A DNA stretch of 64,000 nucleotides, taken from contig MU058221.1 of the NCBI GenBank assembly GCA_013265495.1, forward strand, positions 1,240,001 to 1,304,000. Direction: 5' to 3'. This document shows, in pieces, positions 38,601 to 53,409 of this stretch; position 1 is the first letter of the stretch, and each line of letters starts with the position of its first letter. The stretch is from Vicugna vicugna (lineage: Eukaryota). The position numbers and the translations under genes were made by a program. The notes under the pieces are model-generated. The model saw only the letters and a program-made list of their open reading frames with translations. It did no database searches and had not been told where the DNA came from.

Positions 38601-41600
38601 TATGACGTGAATCAGATTATTATATACCCTGAGAATAATGTTTAAAATGACTTTAAACGATTCTCCCTGTAGTGTTCTGGATTAAGTGCCTTTCTTGAGG
38701 TAATCTTTCGATAAAAACTCTAATCTATTTTAAGTTTATCAGTAAAGTCACATTTTTTTCCCTGCCTCTTAGATAATATTGTTATTGTGCATTTTGTAGA
38801 AATCATCCATATTGTATTTTTTTCAAGTTTCTTTTCCTGGTGCTTTAGTATAATTTACTGTGGAGTTTATCTCCCATTTTGTTTAATATCCCCAGTTATG
38901 CTGCATATGCAATGAAATTGGCTCAATTCTTATATTTCAGAGGACTGTAAATTTATATGCATCACTTTTTTTTAAAGCAGTTCACCAAGAAGTATCTGAA
39001 ACCATAAACATATTCATATTATCTGAAAAAGTAATGCCACTTCTGGGAAGTGATCCCAAAGTAATAAAGCAATGCAAGTAGAAAGCCTGAGACGAGGAGC
39101 TGTTCACGTCCCCACTACACATCACAGGGAAGCCTCAGAAAGAAGCTGAAATATCACCGCCAGCATGAAACTTGCAACTGTTTGTTTATCAAATAAATGG
39201 GGTGGGATTCACACAGGGACTGAGAACTCTACAAGGAGATAATTATACTAGAAAGAGGAACTCGAACAAAGGCCCTGGCCCCAGGAAGCGCCCTGGGCAT
39301 TAGATGAGAAATGCAAACCGATTACAGCAAAGTGTTTGTTCTCTTCTTTGTGCTTCTCAGCTGAGCCCCTGTTGGACACCAACCAAAGCTGCAACACTGT
39401 TTAAGCACGTTTTCAATGGAATATAACACAAAGATGGAGTCACCCTCCAGTGGCTGAACCTCACCGAACACTGTAGTCATTTTGGGTTTCCAGGGCCTTC
39501 TTTAAAGCAGGAATGGATGGGGATCAGTGAAAAGCTTACTGGCTGGGATATTCACAGACGCTATCAAGGAGACCTGGCAGAGAGGACGTCCTCATTAGCA
39601 TCTAAGCTATACCCTGTGGGCACTCCTTTGATCCCTTTCACAGGGGAATTTTGGGACTAAAGCAAAGTACAGTATCCAACTAATACCGTAAAAAAAAATA
39701 CCAGTAGCTGGAGAAACACGGGTTTCAGAGCTTAGGTAACCTGCCCAGTGTCACAGGGCTGGTCAGAGGTGAGATAATGGACAAATCTATCTTCTCTGCA
39801 GGGAAGGTGACAGAGAGCCATTTATACATCACTGAAACTTCCTTTCAGAGAAAGAAGTCCAGGAGCGGCTATGCGGGGCGAGTGGGAAAAGCTGACAGAG
39901 CAGATGAGCTTGCATCTGAGTATTTGCGCCCTACTGCAGAGTGGGGAACAATATCAAAGGTCAGACACTCACATTTTCCTTTCTGCTTTTCCTACTAGTA
40001 ATAGAGCTGCAACAAATTTATGTTAATTGTTGATTGATTCTTCATGTGATGAAATTTCAAAGTTCTGTCTCGGTGGAGAGCAAAGGTTTCATTTTCTGTT
40101 ATACTCATCTTGTTTCTTTATATTTAAGAACTTTTTTTTTTTTTCTCCACTTCATTTGACATCTTTGGCAAATTGCATCCAATTTTATGTTGTGATTGTC
40201 TGATCTTACACCTACAAGGCTAAGCAATTTCCTTACACAACTTGGTTGCTTGAGCGTCTATTTTTTGACATATTCATTTTTGTTTCAACTACATGAGCAT
40301 TTCTTTGTGCAGTCATGTGAATTTCTCCCTTTCTGTACATATTTCCATCAGACTCCTTTTCAAACAATATTTATCAATATTTTAAGAGATTTGTATCTAT
40401 CTGTATAGAGAGATACATATATGTGGAAATATATGTATAAATATGTTTACATATGTGCTGTGTGTATGAGAAAGAGACTGGTAATTAGAGATTGCAATCA
40501 TATTAGAGTAAAAATAGCTTATAACTACAGTAAGCATAGATTACAAAGGAAAAACTTAGGAAGCAAAAAAGCTTTCTGATTCAGAATTATTATTTATGTA
40601 TATTGTAATGACGGAAATTTTTTTTTAATTGAAACCTTTTGGTGACATTTACCTTTTATTTGTATTCAGATCCTCTTATCTTGTTATACTATCTAAATAA
40701 TAACATTCTTTCACTTGCTATTCATTCTCCAAGTTAAAGCAGGCATTGCTCATTTCCTCTGTGGTTTTAAGGAAACAATGTATTGTCTGCTCACCTGCAT
40801 TTTAAACTCAAGTATTTAGTTAGTAAGGTGCCTTGTGCTTTATTTTTATCTTGTATTCTGCACACACACACACACACGAGTAGGTGTTAAATAATAGTTA
40901 TTCATTATTAAAGTATATAATTAATCAGAAAACTGCATTTACCAACCATGTTGAACGTTTAGGATTATATTATATGTAATAGTATCTTATACTTGAGTTA
41001 GTTGTAACTTCTACCTGTGTGGAAATTATATTCTCATTATCATGACCATTTCCAGCATCATTATAATAAAGCATATTACTTAGATATGTTAAGGAATGTC
41101 TGAGTGTGTTACCTCTAATTCAGCTTTGTTTAATGGAAGGTTATGACGGGGCAGCTTATCTATTATTTTGCATTATCTAGTACTCTGAACCTTTCATCAG
41201 CAGAATATATTATTTGCATAATAATGAGGATACATCCTCTGGGAAATGCACCAGATCATTTTTGCACATTTGCTTTCTTTTTCTGCAGCTTTCTAGCTCA
41301 GACTTCCTCCATAAATATGTATACTCATGTTGAAGAATAGGAAGTAGTTATGTATTTGAATTCCTCTCAATAATGCTTTAATGCCTTCTCAATCTTAGGT
41401 AATAGAATATTTTATCTTTTAAATAATCTGGATAGAATGATTTCTAAAATATTTACTGATGAAAACAGCGTGCAAAGGATCTGAAAATAAGGAAATGCAA
41501 AAGCAATCTGGAAAATTATGTGCTGGAGGTGTGGGAATAATACAAATAATTCTAATGCAAAAGGAGACTTCCAAAAATATTCCTAGTGGTACAAAGATGG

Positions 41601-41679
41601 AAAGGCAGGATTCCTAAATGATCATTTGGAAAAAAATCAAGTTCATTGGGGTTAAAATAAGTAATTCTACAAAAGAGGT

Positions 41680-42560
41680 TAAGGTTTCCAGACAAGGTGG
41701 CAAATAGAATGTGCTGCAGTCTGTGTTCTCCAAAGTCAGCTGTGGGAAAAACACAGAAATTGGTCAGGAGGTTGGATGTGAGAAATGACATCAACATTTT
41801 GAGGAATTCCCAGGGAGAATAGAGAGTGTTACGAACTCCTGGGAGAGGAGGTAGGTGGTATTGCCTTGGGACGACAATACACCAGGGGAAAGACTTAAGT
41901 TCTTCCGTTGTCACCCACTTAAACTATTTGGGAACGCCTTTGACTGACCCATCACAACAGCAATGACCAGCATCACCCCAGCGTCTCAGTGCAAATGGGG
42001 ATAACGCTGGGCTGGCAGGAAAACACGTCTGGATGAAGATCTGCAGAGACCCTTAGATGTCAGCCATTCACAACCCCCTCTGCTTTTACGTCAAATCCCC
42101 AACAATTTTACATCAAACTAGGAAGATGGCAGAGCACGTGCTCCAAGTCCAGCTCCTTTGTAAGTGGTTACGAAAGTGCCCGTTAGCAGGACTGCTGCCT
42201 GGGGCAGTCATCACAGCTAGCCGACCAGGGGTGATCGTTGGCAGTTCTACGTGTCCTCCTCCCAAAGACAGTAACGCTGATACGGTCAGACGCTCCACCT
42301 GTTGCCAAAATAACCCGATGCCGCACAATTTCAACTGCTATAAAAGAAACACACCAAAGAAGTTACAGGTACGACGAGAACCAGAATAAACAGCATGGGC
42401 CACTCTAGAAACCGAAATAACGATCATAGATAGCTTTCAAAAAGGTAACGCAGGACACGTAGCCACAGGAAGCAGAAACAGGAAATCATAAAGAGAACCA
42501 CGTGGGAGAACAAAGAATGGAGACTCTAAAAACAAAGAACACAGAAAACGTTATGTTCAT
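41680..42560 (+). mobile_element. Possible ancient L1/HAL1 5' region
   Basis: Starts 'tttccagacaaggtggcaaatag', like the L1 5' motif cttccggtcaagatggcg. A GC-richer body then becomes A-rich and ORF1-like. Weak support. Confidence 0.3.
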
Positions 42561-43489
42561 TTTACGTTACGTTTATTCCTGTGTAAGCAGGAGCACGGGC
42601 AGTCCCCAGAAGTCATGCTTTCCATTTAAACCAGACTTCGCTTCAAATGCAAAAAAATAAATTAATGAGTTAACTGATACATTAATAAAAAGGCAAAGGC
42701 ATTTCAAGCATAAATGACTGAGGGATCCTCTTGCATCCCTACTGGTTCTGGTTAATCCCCTCTGTCTGCCAACCTCTTACTCAGGAAACAGTGACGGGAA
42801 AAGAAAGAAGAAATGATATTTTATTGTAGGACATTATGAGAAATGCTTCCCTGCATTTCAGGTACTGTCTTATTTAATAATGTAGAAATAAGTTACATAA
42901 ACTAGTTCCCCGAAACAGTGCCAAACTCCATGCACGTCTGTCTCAGAAGCCCATGAGGTAATTACCACAGGCTAAATTTTTCTATTGCCATTTTTTTAAA
43001 GTTACATTTTAAGTGTTATATAAAGTACTGTTTATAATAACCTTACATTATTTGGGTATGAAAATTGAGTTCAAAGAGACTATTTTACTGAAAAAAAAAA
43101 AAAAAAAAAGAAAAACAAACTTTTCAAAAAAAAAAAAAAATGAAGTACAAGATTTTTTTACTGAAAAAAAAAAAAAAAAAAGACAAGCAAACTTGTACAC
43201 AAAACCAAGACCTGTGGTTACCGGTGCCGCCTTTTTCTGTACAAAGGAACTTTCCACATCATTTCATAACGGATTTATTTATTTGGAAATGAGTGGGTAC
43301 TCCTGGGACATGGGACGTCCGTGTGGTGAGACAGAGATCAGAGCCTGGAAAGAGAATGAGAAGAAAGACAGAGGGAAAAGTTTCTCTCCACATCTCTACA
43401 GACTTGTTAAACTTAATATTCAGTTGTCTTCTTTCCCCCCATCCTAATTGGCATCAAACCATTTCTCCCTGTACCTTTGTTTAGCTGCC

Positions 43490-45480
43490 ATCAATCACCA
43501 GTATGTCAGAACATCTTAGTGGCTTAAATGTTCTCTCCTATGAATGCCCACTTACATGCTTTTTTTCTGAATTGCTGGACTTTATTTATTAACAGGTGAG
43601 AGTATTTTTAAATTATATTTTATATTCTAAATTTCTATTGGTACATCTATTGAAAATATTTTATATGTTTGATACTCTAATAATTATATTTTTATAAATA
43701 TTCCAGTTACTTTGCATTTTATAATAATTTTATCCTCATATCTCCACTGCTATTTAAAATAAGTCATCCTTCTAGTTTTAAAATAATTGTATTGATTAAT
43801 CCTTTATTTTAAAAAAGGTAGCAGCTCTAGTGTGTTCTGTTATAATCGGTTATGTATCTTAGGCAACATACTTGAATTTTTTGTGACAAACTGTTTACGC
43901 TTGATGTATCTGTTTGTGAAAGGATGACAACTTTTCTGTTTTAAAGCTGTATCCATATTTATCAATTTTGTGTCTTTCTAAATTTTGGAACCATTTAAAA
44001 CAAAAAAACACATGTCAGAGTTTATATGGTATAGTTTTTTTTATATAAATATTTCCTTGGTATATGGATATATAAAAGGAAAACCTTGGTGCAAACATTG
44101 ATGGTTTTGATACATTAATCAACTACTTCTCCAGAAATTTTGTGAAATGTATGTTCTGCCAACAAAAGAAAAATGCTTCTTTTCTGACACTTGTGAATAT
44201 AACAAATGTCCACTTTTATCATTGTACATTGAATGTCCAAACATATAGTTAATTATCTAAATTGAAAATTATCTCAAGAATAAGAGGATATTTAAATACT
44301 TGAGTAGCTATTGAAAGCTGTTCATCGTTTTAAATTATGTATGTGGTCTATTAAATATCTCTATTCTTGTGCTAATTTTGAAATATAACTGTGTCTAGCA
44401 ATGTATAAATCTCACCTAGGGACTCATTGTTCATTTATTTTATAATTCAATTTTCTGCTTTCATCTATGATGTTTTCATAGTTATATCCCATTTTTCATT
44501 TTTTATTGTTCGATTTTAATTATCATTTTACATTTCTGGACAATCTACTGCTTAGCTTTGTAAGACTGAAAATTTGTACCAATGGAAACACGGTATGTAT
44601 CATAACTATAGGTTTGCTTAATACTATGTTGTTTTTATCAGTGGAGCTATTATTCACTTTTTTTACTACTATAGGCTTCTAAATATGTCGCACTTTGCTT
44701 TTTCATTCTCTTGGTAACACATATCTGCATTTTGCCCTGGTTTTGCTGTTACTAAAAATTGCCGTCATGAGCGCCCTTCCTTTTGGGTAATCAGAGTGCA
44801 TGCCGTGAAGCGGGCTTCCTGTGTTGTGTTACGCATGTAATCTCAGTTTTACCTGTGTAATACGAATTGTTTTCTAGCCTGGTAAAAAAAATCTATTCCA
44901 CAAGAATATGTAGGAGAACTTGTGGCAATATATCTTGAAAACATACTTCTTTTTTCATTTTGATGTACCAAGTGTATCCAAAACAGTGTTGCAATTTGGT
45001 TTTAGTGTGCAATTTCTGATGCTCTTTTCGCGTTAGTCTTCATGTTTGTTTTTCTATTTTTCTCTGAAATGCCAGTTCGAAAGCTGTGCAAATTTCCCAT
45101 TGGCTTATATCTCATTTTATTACTGATGTATAAATCTCTCCACATGCCTTTATAGACTTCAATGTTTGTCAATAGTTTTCCCAGTTTTTAAATGATGTTT
45201 TAAGACTTTTATACACACACACACTAAATTTTGTAAATTTAGTTAAACTTGGCACTCGTATAACTGATTTTACTGTATTATTCTCAAATTCCATCCCAAT
45301 CTAGGGTAACAAGAAATTCCCATTTACTTTTCAGAGCATTCTTTCATGTTACTTCTTATATTTACATCTTTAATCCACAGACACAGCCTTTGATTATTTT
45401 CCGTATTCAGAACAGGCGTACCCAGCAGCATTTATTTCGTATTTGTCACTCCTCCACTGACCAGGAACACTTCTCGGTAT
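43490..45480 (-). mobile_element. Ancient L1 fragments
   Basis: Decayed antisense L1 motifs ('tttttctctgaaatgccagttcgaaagctgtgcaaatttcccattgg', 'tttacatctttaatcca'). Confidence 0.4.
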
Positions 45481-46559
45481 AATCAGGGCACAATTCTTTA
45501 TTATGAGTTTCTCGGATTTCTGCACGTCCTGTGAGCGGAAGCACTGACGGCCTTTACACTGAGCATTTGTTCAGTAATCTGTTGTGGCAGACAGCCGTGG
45601 GAGGCAGACGTAGTGTGTCTCTCTGAGGAGAGGGAGTTTCGTTGTGGTTTTGTTGTTGTTACTGTTTATAATATTAATAATCACAGCTCCCTCCCCTGGG
45701 GCAGTGGTTGGACATGTTAGCCGGCAGCCCCCTTTAAAGCTTAAAATTCTTCAGCCGTCACACCATCCACCGAGCGTGCAGCATCCAATGTGGGCTCTTC
45801 CATGTCATGCTGATGAGACTTGAGGGACAAAGGGAACAGATGTGAGCGTTGGCTCATGCCGCCTCCGTGCCGTGAGTGATAGAACATTTTGACTTTGACC
45901 CAGGAGCCTCAGGTCTTCTGCTCGCGTCTATGAAACTACGGCACCTTAAATTAGTAGTTTGTCCTTAAGAGAAAACTGTTAGACATCACAAACAGGTGAG
46001 AATTCTGGAAGAATAAAGTTCTCTTACCCTTTTCAAGCTATTAAAAAAAAAAAGCCAGAAAAACTAAAATGAGAAATTAGCAGGATTTCCATACATTTTG
46101 AAACAAAATGTAATCAAGTGCAATTATTAATCTCAGATTGGCTAAGTTATTAAACCTACACACTGTTGCAAATTCACAGAACCATCTGATTGGGTTATCA
46201 ATGCTTCTCAACATTTTGAAATAGTGGCTTGATTAGTTAAAGTACACTCATCCCATGTAGAATTGTACCTTCAAATTTCTAACCACAAGCAGATGATATG
46301 CATGCTTTGCATCTGGTATTTACTGCACAGTGCAAAGCCAGAAGCGATTGGAGAAGAGTCTACAAGAAGAGAAAGGTGTACATAAAGACCAAAATAAAAA
46401 GTTTGTTTTTTTTTTAAATAGGCACAAGAAAGCACAGAAATTCAAATAAATTTTAAGGAATAAAATTAAAACTACCAATAAAAATGACCAGCAAAATGTA
46501 GTGACAGCTTTCTGTGGAAGGACATACTTGGCCTGTTTGTTAAGATAAAGCTTCTTTCC

Positions 46560-47295
46560 TGTACACTCACAATACTTCCGACACCAAATGTGTAGCATTT
46601 CCTCCCAACATCAACCAATCTCCCAGTCTCCAGGCACCACTGGGTGTCCCATAATTCAGTCACGACACCACCCAGAGTTAGCACAGAAGCACAGGTGAAG
46701 AGCTCGGTCCTGCAAGACCGCCCCCCCACTCAGCCCCAGCCCCAAGTCCCAGGTCGTCCTGGACTGCTGGTACCCAGCCAGGCGTAAGTTGGGAGTTTGA
46801 ACGGCCCCCTCAGCAGGGTCGATATTTGTCGTAACAACTCACAAAATTCAGGCACACATTTACTTGTGTTCACCAGTTGATTATAAAGGATATGATGACG
46901 TATACAGAAGAGTAGCTAGATTAAGAGGTACATAGGACGAGGCCTGGAAGGGTCTTTGTGGAACTGGGGGGCACCGCCCTCCACTGTGCTCCAGCCCGGA
47001 AGCAGTAGAACTTTGTAGGTCAGAGATTTTTATCAAATAGAAATGACTGGTCAGTAACTCAGTTTCTGCCCCATCTCCCCTCCCTGGAGATAAAGGGTTG
47101 AGGCTGAAAATTCCAAGTTTCTGATAATGGCTTGGTCTATCTGGTGACCAGGTCCCACGCCGAAACCAAGAGCTCATGAAGAATTGCCTCATTAGAAAAA
47201 AAGATTTTCTTATCATCCAGGAGATTACAAGGGTTTTAGAAGCTCTGTGTCAGGAACTGGGGGCAAAGATCACACACAAATCCCATGTTTCATAG
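46560..47295 (-). mobile_element. MER21-type ERVL LTR
   Basis: 'acttccgacaccaaatg...ctgggtgtcccataattca...ttataaaggatat...gagattacaagggttttagaagctctgtgtcaggaactggggg' is the reverse complement of MER21-like sequence. Confidence 0.75.
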
Positions 47296-47429
47296 ATTTT
47301 CATAGATATTCAAGATATGAAAATATCTTATTTATAATTAATAATTTAATAATTAAAATAATATGCCTTTAACCAGTATTTTACCTTTATTGCAATATCA
47401 ACCACCATAGTCACTCATTTGGAAAGTAC

Positions 47430-47535
47430 CTTACATTTACAGATAAGGAAGCTAAAGCATAAAGGCCTAAGTTACTTGGTTGTATCTGGAAAGTGCTGAG
47501 CCAGAATTCCAATCCAAGCAGCGTACTCTGGAGTT
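47430..47535 (-). mobile_element. MIR SINE fragment
   Basis: 'catttacagataaggaagctaaagcataaag...ctgagccagaattccaatccaagcag' is the MIR core. Confidence 0.65.
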
Positions 47536-50214
47536 TACTGTTTCTATTTTAAACATTTGTACATGTATGTAGTGATAGCTGCAACTGTTTGGATAAAATG
47601 ATTATGAAATATTTTAAATATGACATGTTGAGTCTTTAAACAAGTGGCTTTTCTTGGTTCTGTTCCATAGCATCATATAGTGACGTCTGAGTTTAACCAA
47701 TTGAATGGAAAAGAATAATAAATTTTTAAAAAATCGTAAGTGGAAAGTTTGCCAGAAGTATTAATAATTTCCTGGAAGTGCTATAAAACTTGACTAAAGA
47801 AATGGTTTTGATCTGCATGCTGTGTTTATTACTTTATAAAGGAAGAGAATTTCTGAGACTATCAGAGAATGCTAATTTAATTTGGATATACCACAAAAAT
47901 ATAAATGAGTCTGTAGATTGAAATGAATTTATGTCTGAGAGACTCATTAAAATAATTTGTTTTCTTTCTCTTAATGAATTGTATTAATAACAATAATTAC
48001 ATATCCTACAGCGCTACCATCAATGACAGTTCATTTTTTTCTATAAAGTAATTTAAGATAAAACAGCAGATCAAAATGTTCATATTGATGCAAAGTGTAT
48101 TTTTAATGTATTAATGCCCATATGCATAAAATAGAAAAGCTCGCATGGTATCACGTGAAGAGTAAAACATATTAAGATTGGATGTGCTTTCCCACCCACT
48201 GGTTCAGTCTTCTGCATTTCTAACGAAACCATCAAGACATATAAAATAAGTAAAGTTTTCTATCAGTAGAACTGACTAAATTTTACCCACAGATTTGACA
48301 TTTGAATAATTACTCCCAGACAAAAGCAAGTAAAGCCAGCTTCAAAAATTAGCCAACCAAAAGTGTGCAAAGCAGAACTGAACACACAGGAATCAAAGAA
48401 TGACCACACACGTGGCCTCGAGTGTCACCTCTCTAGATGAGAGAATTTATTATTCTTATTCAGATTCTTTAAGAAAAATCTCAATTTCGTAGAAATCCCG
48501 GCTGGGTGCAGAAAAAAATTCATCCATTCAGGACATGAATCTCATGGAAATGCTTAGTCTAGCCCAGTCTTTCATATGCTTATATGGCTGTGCAAGGCAC
48601 CCTGGGAACATTTGCATGAGTTTTTGGTAATGCAGGCAACTGGGCTCTTCATCCCAGCTGGTGGACTTTGTTCTACATAAATTCAACCACTTTGTCTTCA
48701 AAAAAAAATTCCTAACGCAGGATGAATTGACCCGCCTTGGCTGCATCCGTATGCAGCAACTTCCTTGCTGTTCGTCAACCATTAGCCTCATCTGAGGGCT
48801 GGACCAATCGAACACCCTCAGGACGGCAGAGAAGAAAGCTGAGAACTGGGTCTTTGTTGATGTCACTGCAGGTCAACAAAGAAAGTTTCGTGATGTCCTG
48901 TCTCTAAATGTCTTGTATATACAATTATCAACATAAATACAGTTTAATGCGAATTGCTTTGGAGTTTCTGTTATTTGCAATCTAACTAATATGCACTGGC
49001 CTGTTGTGCTTGATTCTCTAGAAAGTTTCCTGATGACTTGATCGCATTATAATATTGTTTCTGGGATGTAGAAGGTTTGTAACATCTGAATTTTATAAAC
49101 TATGGCCTAAGGTTTAAAATCTGTACCTTACTGATATTTTAATTTATATTCTCAGGACACCAAGATTTGCAGTACTGAGACATGCTCCTTTAGTTTTTGT
49201 ACCTTCTTTGCACAGATATTTATTAAACACTTACTTTGTGACCAGAGCAAAACAAGCTGAATTAAAGCTTTCACGTTAGACATTGCAACATCAAGTAAAA
49301 TAGTCACTTGCAGCTTAGACGAATCATGACAAAATGCCAAGTTTCCTGGATTAAATTTGATCTTTGCCATTCAGTGGTCAGAGATAAATTTATTATGGTT
49401 ATTTTTGTTCTTACATATTTTTTTCTCTAAACAATCTTTCAATCCCCCAAATGTGAGGTTTTTCGCTTGTGTTTTTGGGCAATCTGACACCTATAGGTGA
49501 GAGAGAAAAGCCATACACTTGTTTCCTTCTCTACACGTTCTCTGAAAGCATTCTCAAATACATGTCATGTCTCTAAAGAAAAGCTTAGTACGTCCTCTGA
49601 AATTAGCCTGGTTCCCTCACCAGGAACATCTCCAGAATTGTGCTGGCCGGCCTTTTCAGAGTGTCAGCATTATTGGTGCTACACTTGCACTGTGGGGAAA
49701 ATCGAATATGTAGTTAGACGGTGCAACCGACCTATGTCCTTTAGCTTGACCCTGATAATGTCACAGTTGAATAGACTTCATCCAACTATATGCACTTGCT
49801 TTTGTTTGTCTAAAGCAAAAGAATAACATATAAATACAACATTGAATATCTTTGCAGGACAGATTTTTTTCAGGCAAAATTTATGTGCTGCTTCTCCTTT
49901 TTTGCCTGTTGCAACAGAGCATCTAAATACTCCACAAACAATATTAACAAGTAAAACCAATGGATTTGTCAATATCTGGAACGGTGTCATAAGGAGAAAC
50001 CAAGTACTTAGACGTATTGGAAAGGTCTTTAAAAACATGAAGAAACAGATTAAATGGAGCCACACATCTTGAGTAATCCTTTATAATAAGAAAAAAAAAA
50101 AGAAGGCTCTAGAGGGAACGCATAGAACTATTGTGCATTCATTTTAAAGTTGATATTGGTTGGTTCCTTACCTAAGACTCACTCCCTAGAATTCTAACTA
50201 GAGCACTCAGCTTT

Positions 50215-50660
50215 TCTGTTGTGAAATAGCGTCCCCATTCCACTCTCTACTTGAGTTCAATGGGAATGATTCATCTCAAGCTCCATGAAGGACTCCCCTT
50301 CACCTGGCCACAGAATTCAGTTCTGAGATGGCCACAAGGCATTCAGAACACTCTGCTAAGGTGGTAGGAAAGAAGCTTTGTCTGACTCCTTGAGAACAAC
50401 AGAATATTGGGACTGTTGGAGTAGTATAGAGATTCTAGGAACTTCTACACATAATTTACTCATCAGATGAGCTGTCCTAATGGTGAGAGTGACTCACAGA
50501 GGAGAAAAATGCCCCAAACATCACAGAATACACAGAAACAAAACCAAAGTTCTGAGGATGTGTGAATGTGGAAATTAACGTTCAACTTAATCCATGTCTC
50601 CTTTAAGGCTTTTCTGCTGTATGATCTAATAAGTTGTTACTTTTTTATTTAGATGAATAT
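50215..50660 (+). mobile_element. Old MLT1-type LTR fragment
   Basis: 'ctggccacagaattcagttctgagatggccac' and 'ttttctgctgtatgatctaataag' resemble decayed MLT1J/K sequence. Confidence 0.35.
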
Positions 50661-52404
50661 ATATATTTATTTATTTACACATATTTCACATATTAGATAC
50701 ATTATGTTTATAGTCATATTTAACTATAAGACTCTTAAATTTTTCATTTCAAAATTGAGACTACCAGTACGCCTTAGAAGTAAGTGAAACAATATTCAGA
50801 TTTCTAGTCATTTAATAATGAAGAAAGAACACTGTAATATCCTTTATTCTACATAATGTATATAGTATAGTATACATATATTTTATCTGTTTTATAATTT
50901 GGGGTTTTTTCTTCATAATATTAACAGTCAAAAATTTTGAGAAGACAATTTTACTGAGCATTTAATATGTCTCAAACATTGTTTTAAATATTTTCAGCTG
51001 CTAAATCACGTAATCTTTAAAACAACACCGTGAAGTAGATTTCTTCATTATCTTGATATTATAGGAAAACACATCCAAGATTTTGGGCACCTGCATCCAT
51101 GAAATTAATGTTTACTTGTTATATGAATAATAGTCTGATGGTGAAAAGAGGTTGTAGGAGGCAAAGTGTAAAACAGGTAAAGATTTAGGTTTTACCCATT
51201 AGGTGAAAATAGCTTTGTTTCCTCTCACTACTGCAGACTTGTCGTGCAAGAATTGCGCATGTAACTCCCCGTTCTACTCTCTACATGATTTCAAGACCCC
51301 TATTCTCCCCAACACAGATACTCATTCTAACACATTAGGCACGAATAATTGAATAGATGTGTCTGCACACGTGTGTTAAATATACATGTAACCTTTTAAG
51401 CATAATGCATTTTTGCTGCATATCTTCATTGTGTACATGCATAAATGGGATTGAGAAGTGATAATACAATAATGCTTTATTTTTCTTCTTATTTTTACTC
51501 AACTTCATGTTTTAAGACCCATCTAAGTGCCCTGAGGGCCTCTAGTTTATACACTGTTTTTCACTACCTAGTACGGCATCATACGTATTTCGCATTATTA
51601 TTTTTCAGTGATCGGTCACAAGGATGGTCCCATCTATTTGCTGTAATAAACATCTTGAAATTATAAAAGACTTGTTATGTTTTTATTACGTTGACATGGA
51701 CTTGTATAGTGTCGATGTGAAATGTCTTTCAGATACTAACTTTGCAAATACCTTCATTTCTCCATCATCCCAGCTGACTTTTCGGTTGTCTCTTTGATTG
51801 AACAACAATATGACACTTGACAATACTGAGCCAGAATTTGTATGTTTTGGCCTCATATATGTGCTTCCAAATGCTTTATTGAAGTCCCTCACTGAACCCA
51901 GGGGCACATAGAGGTTCCTTGGCTCTACTCTGTCACCTTTACGATTTTACTGTTCCCGTGTGGGTCTTTAGTGTGTTGACAGGTGGAGATCCAAAGTTAT
52001 AATCTTCTCCAGGATTCGGGTTTCCTAGCATCTTCCCTCAAACAAGCCACACTTTGTCCAATCTTTGTGATACTTTTATCACAGAATAGATTCATTCATA
52101 CGTGTTTTATTTCTATTTTAAAATCTTCCATTTTATTCCAGCAAGCCGATTTGTTTATTGTGATTTCTTCACTACATTGTTTTATGTCCTTTAAAATATG
52201 ACATCCTCTCTGGTAGGAAACATGTTCCAAGTTCCTTTTTTAAAAGTGGGCTATTATTAAATCAATGCTCTTGCGTACGTACGTTGAGCATTTACTAAAA
52301 AGATAATTTGTCAGGAATTATAATTTAAATTTCACTGAATTTGTTATAATTTAGGCCATGATGGTGGGTGACCTGGTCTTATTCTCAATCTTAAGAAAAT
52401 GCAG

Positions 52405-52567
52405 GATGAACAGATACAAACCACAATATATAAAATAGATGAGCAATAAGGATTTTCTGTATAACATGGGGAATTATGCCCCATATCTTGTAATAACCTA
52501 TAATGGAATATAATCTGCAAAAATACTGAGCCACTATGCTGTCCATCTGAAACTAATACAAAAAAAT
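52405..52567 (+). mobile_element. Short L1 3'UTR fragment (cetartiodactyl-type L1)
   Basis: 'aacagatacaaaccacaatatataaaatagat...cttgtaataacctataatggaa...atgctgtccatctgaaactaataca' followed by an A-run. Confidence 0.8.
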
Positions 52568-53409
52568 CCCACATAAAGGTTTCCAGTACATATAAGTTTT
52601 ACAGAAAGTTATATAGTGTTTACAATCTCAAAATAGCTACCCTCTATTGATTGCATTAATAGGATAATATTCTGTAAGTACTTTTATGTATCTATTGAAA
52701 TATAAAGAACTGTGAAGCACTTCCTGAAGCTAGTGTCCCAGTAGGGCAGAGTAGATTTGGACCACCCCCCAGAGCCTCATTCTTACAGATCTTTTTTTAT
52801 TATTTGGCCTGGGACCCCCCCTGTAGGCCCAAATTGTCCAGCTTCTTTTTATTTCATCTGAGTCAGAATTCAGAGTGGAAATTTTCACCGCAGGACACGT
52901 GTTAAAAACCATCAGCCATCATTGTTTAATACCACAGTTGCTTGAGCTGATAACAACAACTGGGGCAAATGGGAAGATGACCAAAAAACTTAAAAGGAAA
53001 GTTGGAAACTAGGACATCCATAGGGCGGTTTAAAAAGCTCTGACATATTCCTGAGAATCCGGAAGGTCACGTGAAGGGCAGTTTTTAAGCCCAGGAAGAC
53101 CTGAGAAGGCCTTGCTGTCTCACCTCTGGCTGATATTGAAACTCCAGAGTGAGGGATGAGGCACAGCTGTAAACTGGAGGAGATTAAAGACGTGTCTAAC
53201 ATGCACGCAAAACCCCTCAGCAACATTCGGGGGGCTTACGGGACCAAGGCGTTTACTGAAATGTGTGCCCTTGTTAGGTGGCCACTGAGCTAATCAAAGA
53301 GCGAGTCCTGGTGACAAGTGACACACACACAAAAAAAAAGCCAACAAGAACAAAAATCTTATTTCCACTGTTGCCACGTTACATTACTTTAAATGTTGAT
53401 TTTTTTTTT

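Noticed and set aside
43013..43447. 144-aa Lys-rich ORF
   Set aside because: It is produced by poly-A tracts in a probable assembly artefact.
48851..48882. Perfect 10-bp inverted repeat (tctttgttga...tcaacaaaga) overlapping a weak minus-strand acceptor
   Set aside because: Too short to distinguish from chance, and the downstream frames give no recognisable peptide or good donor.
52730..52905. Block ending '...ggacacgtgTTAA', like a piggyBac terminus
   Set aside because: I found no matching inverted terminus with TTAA on the other side.
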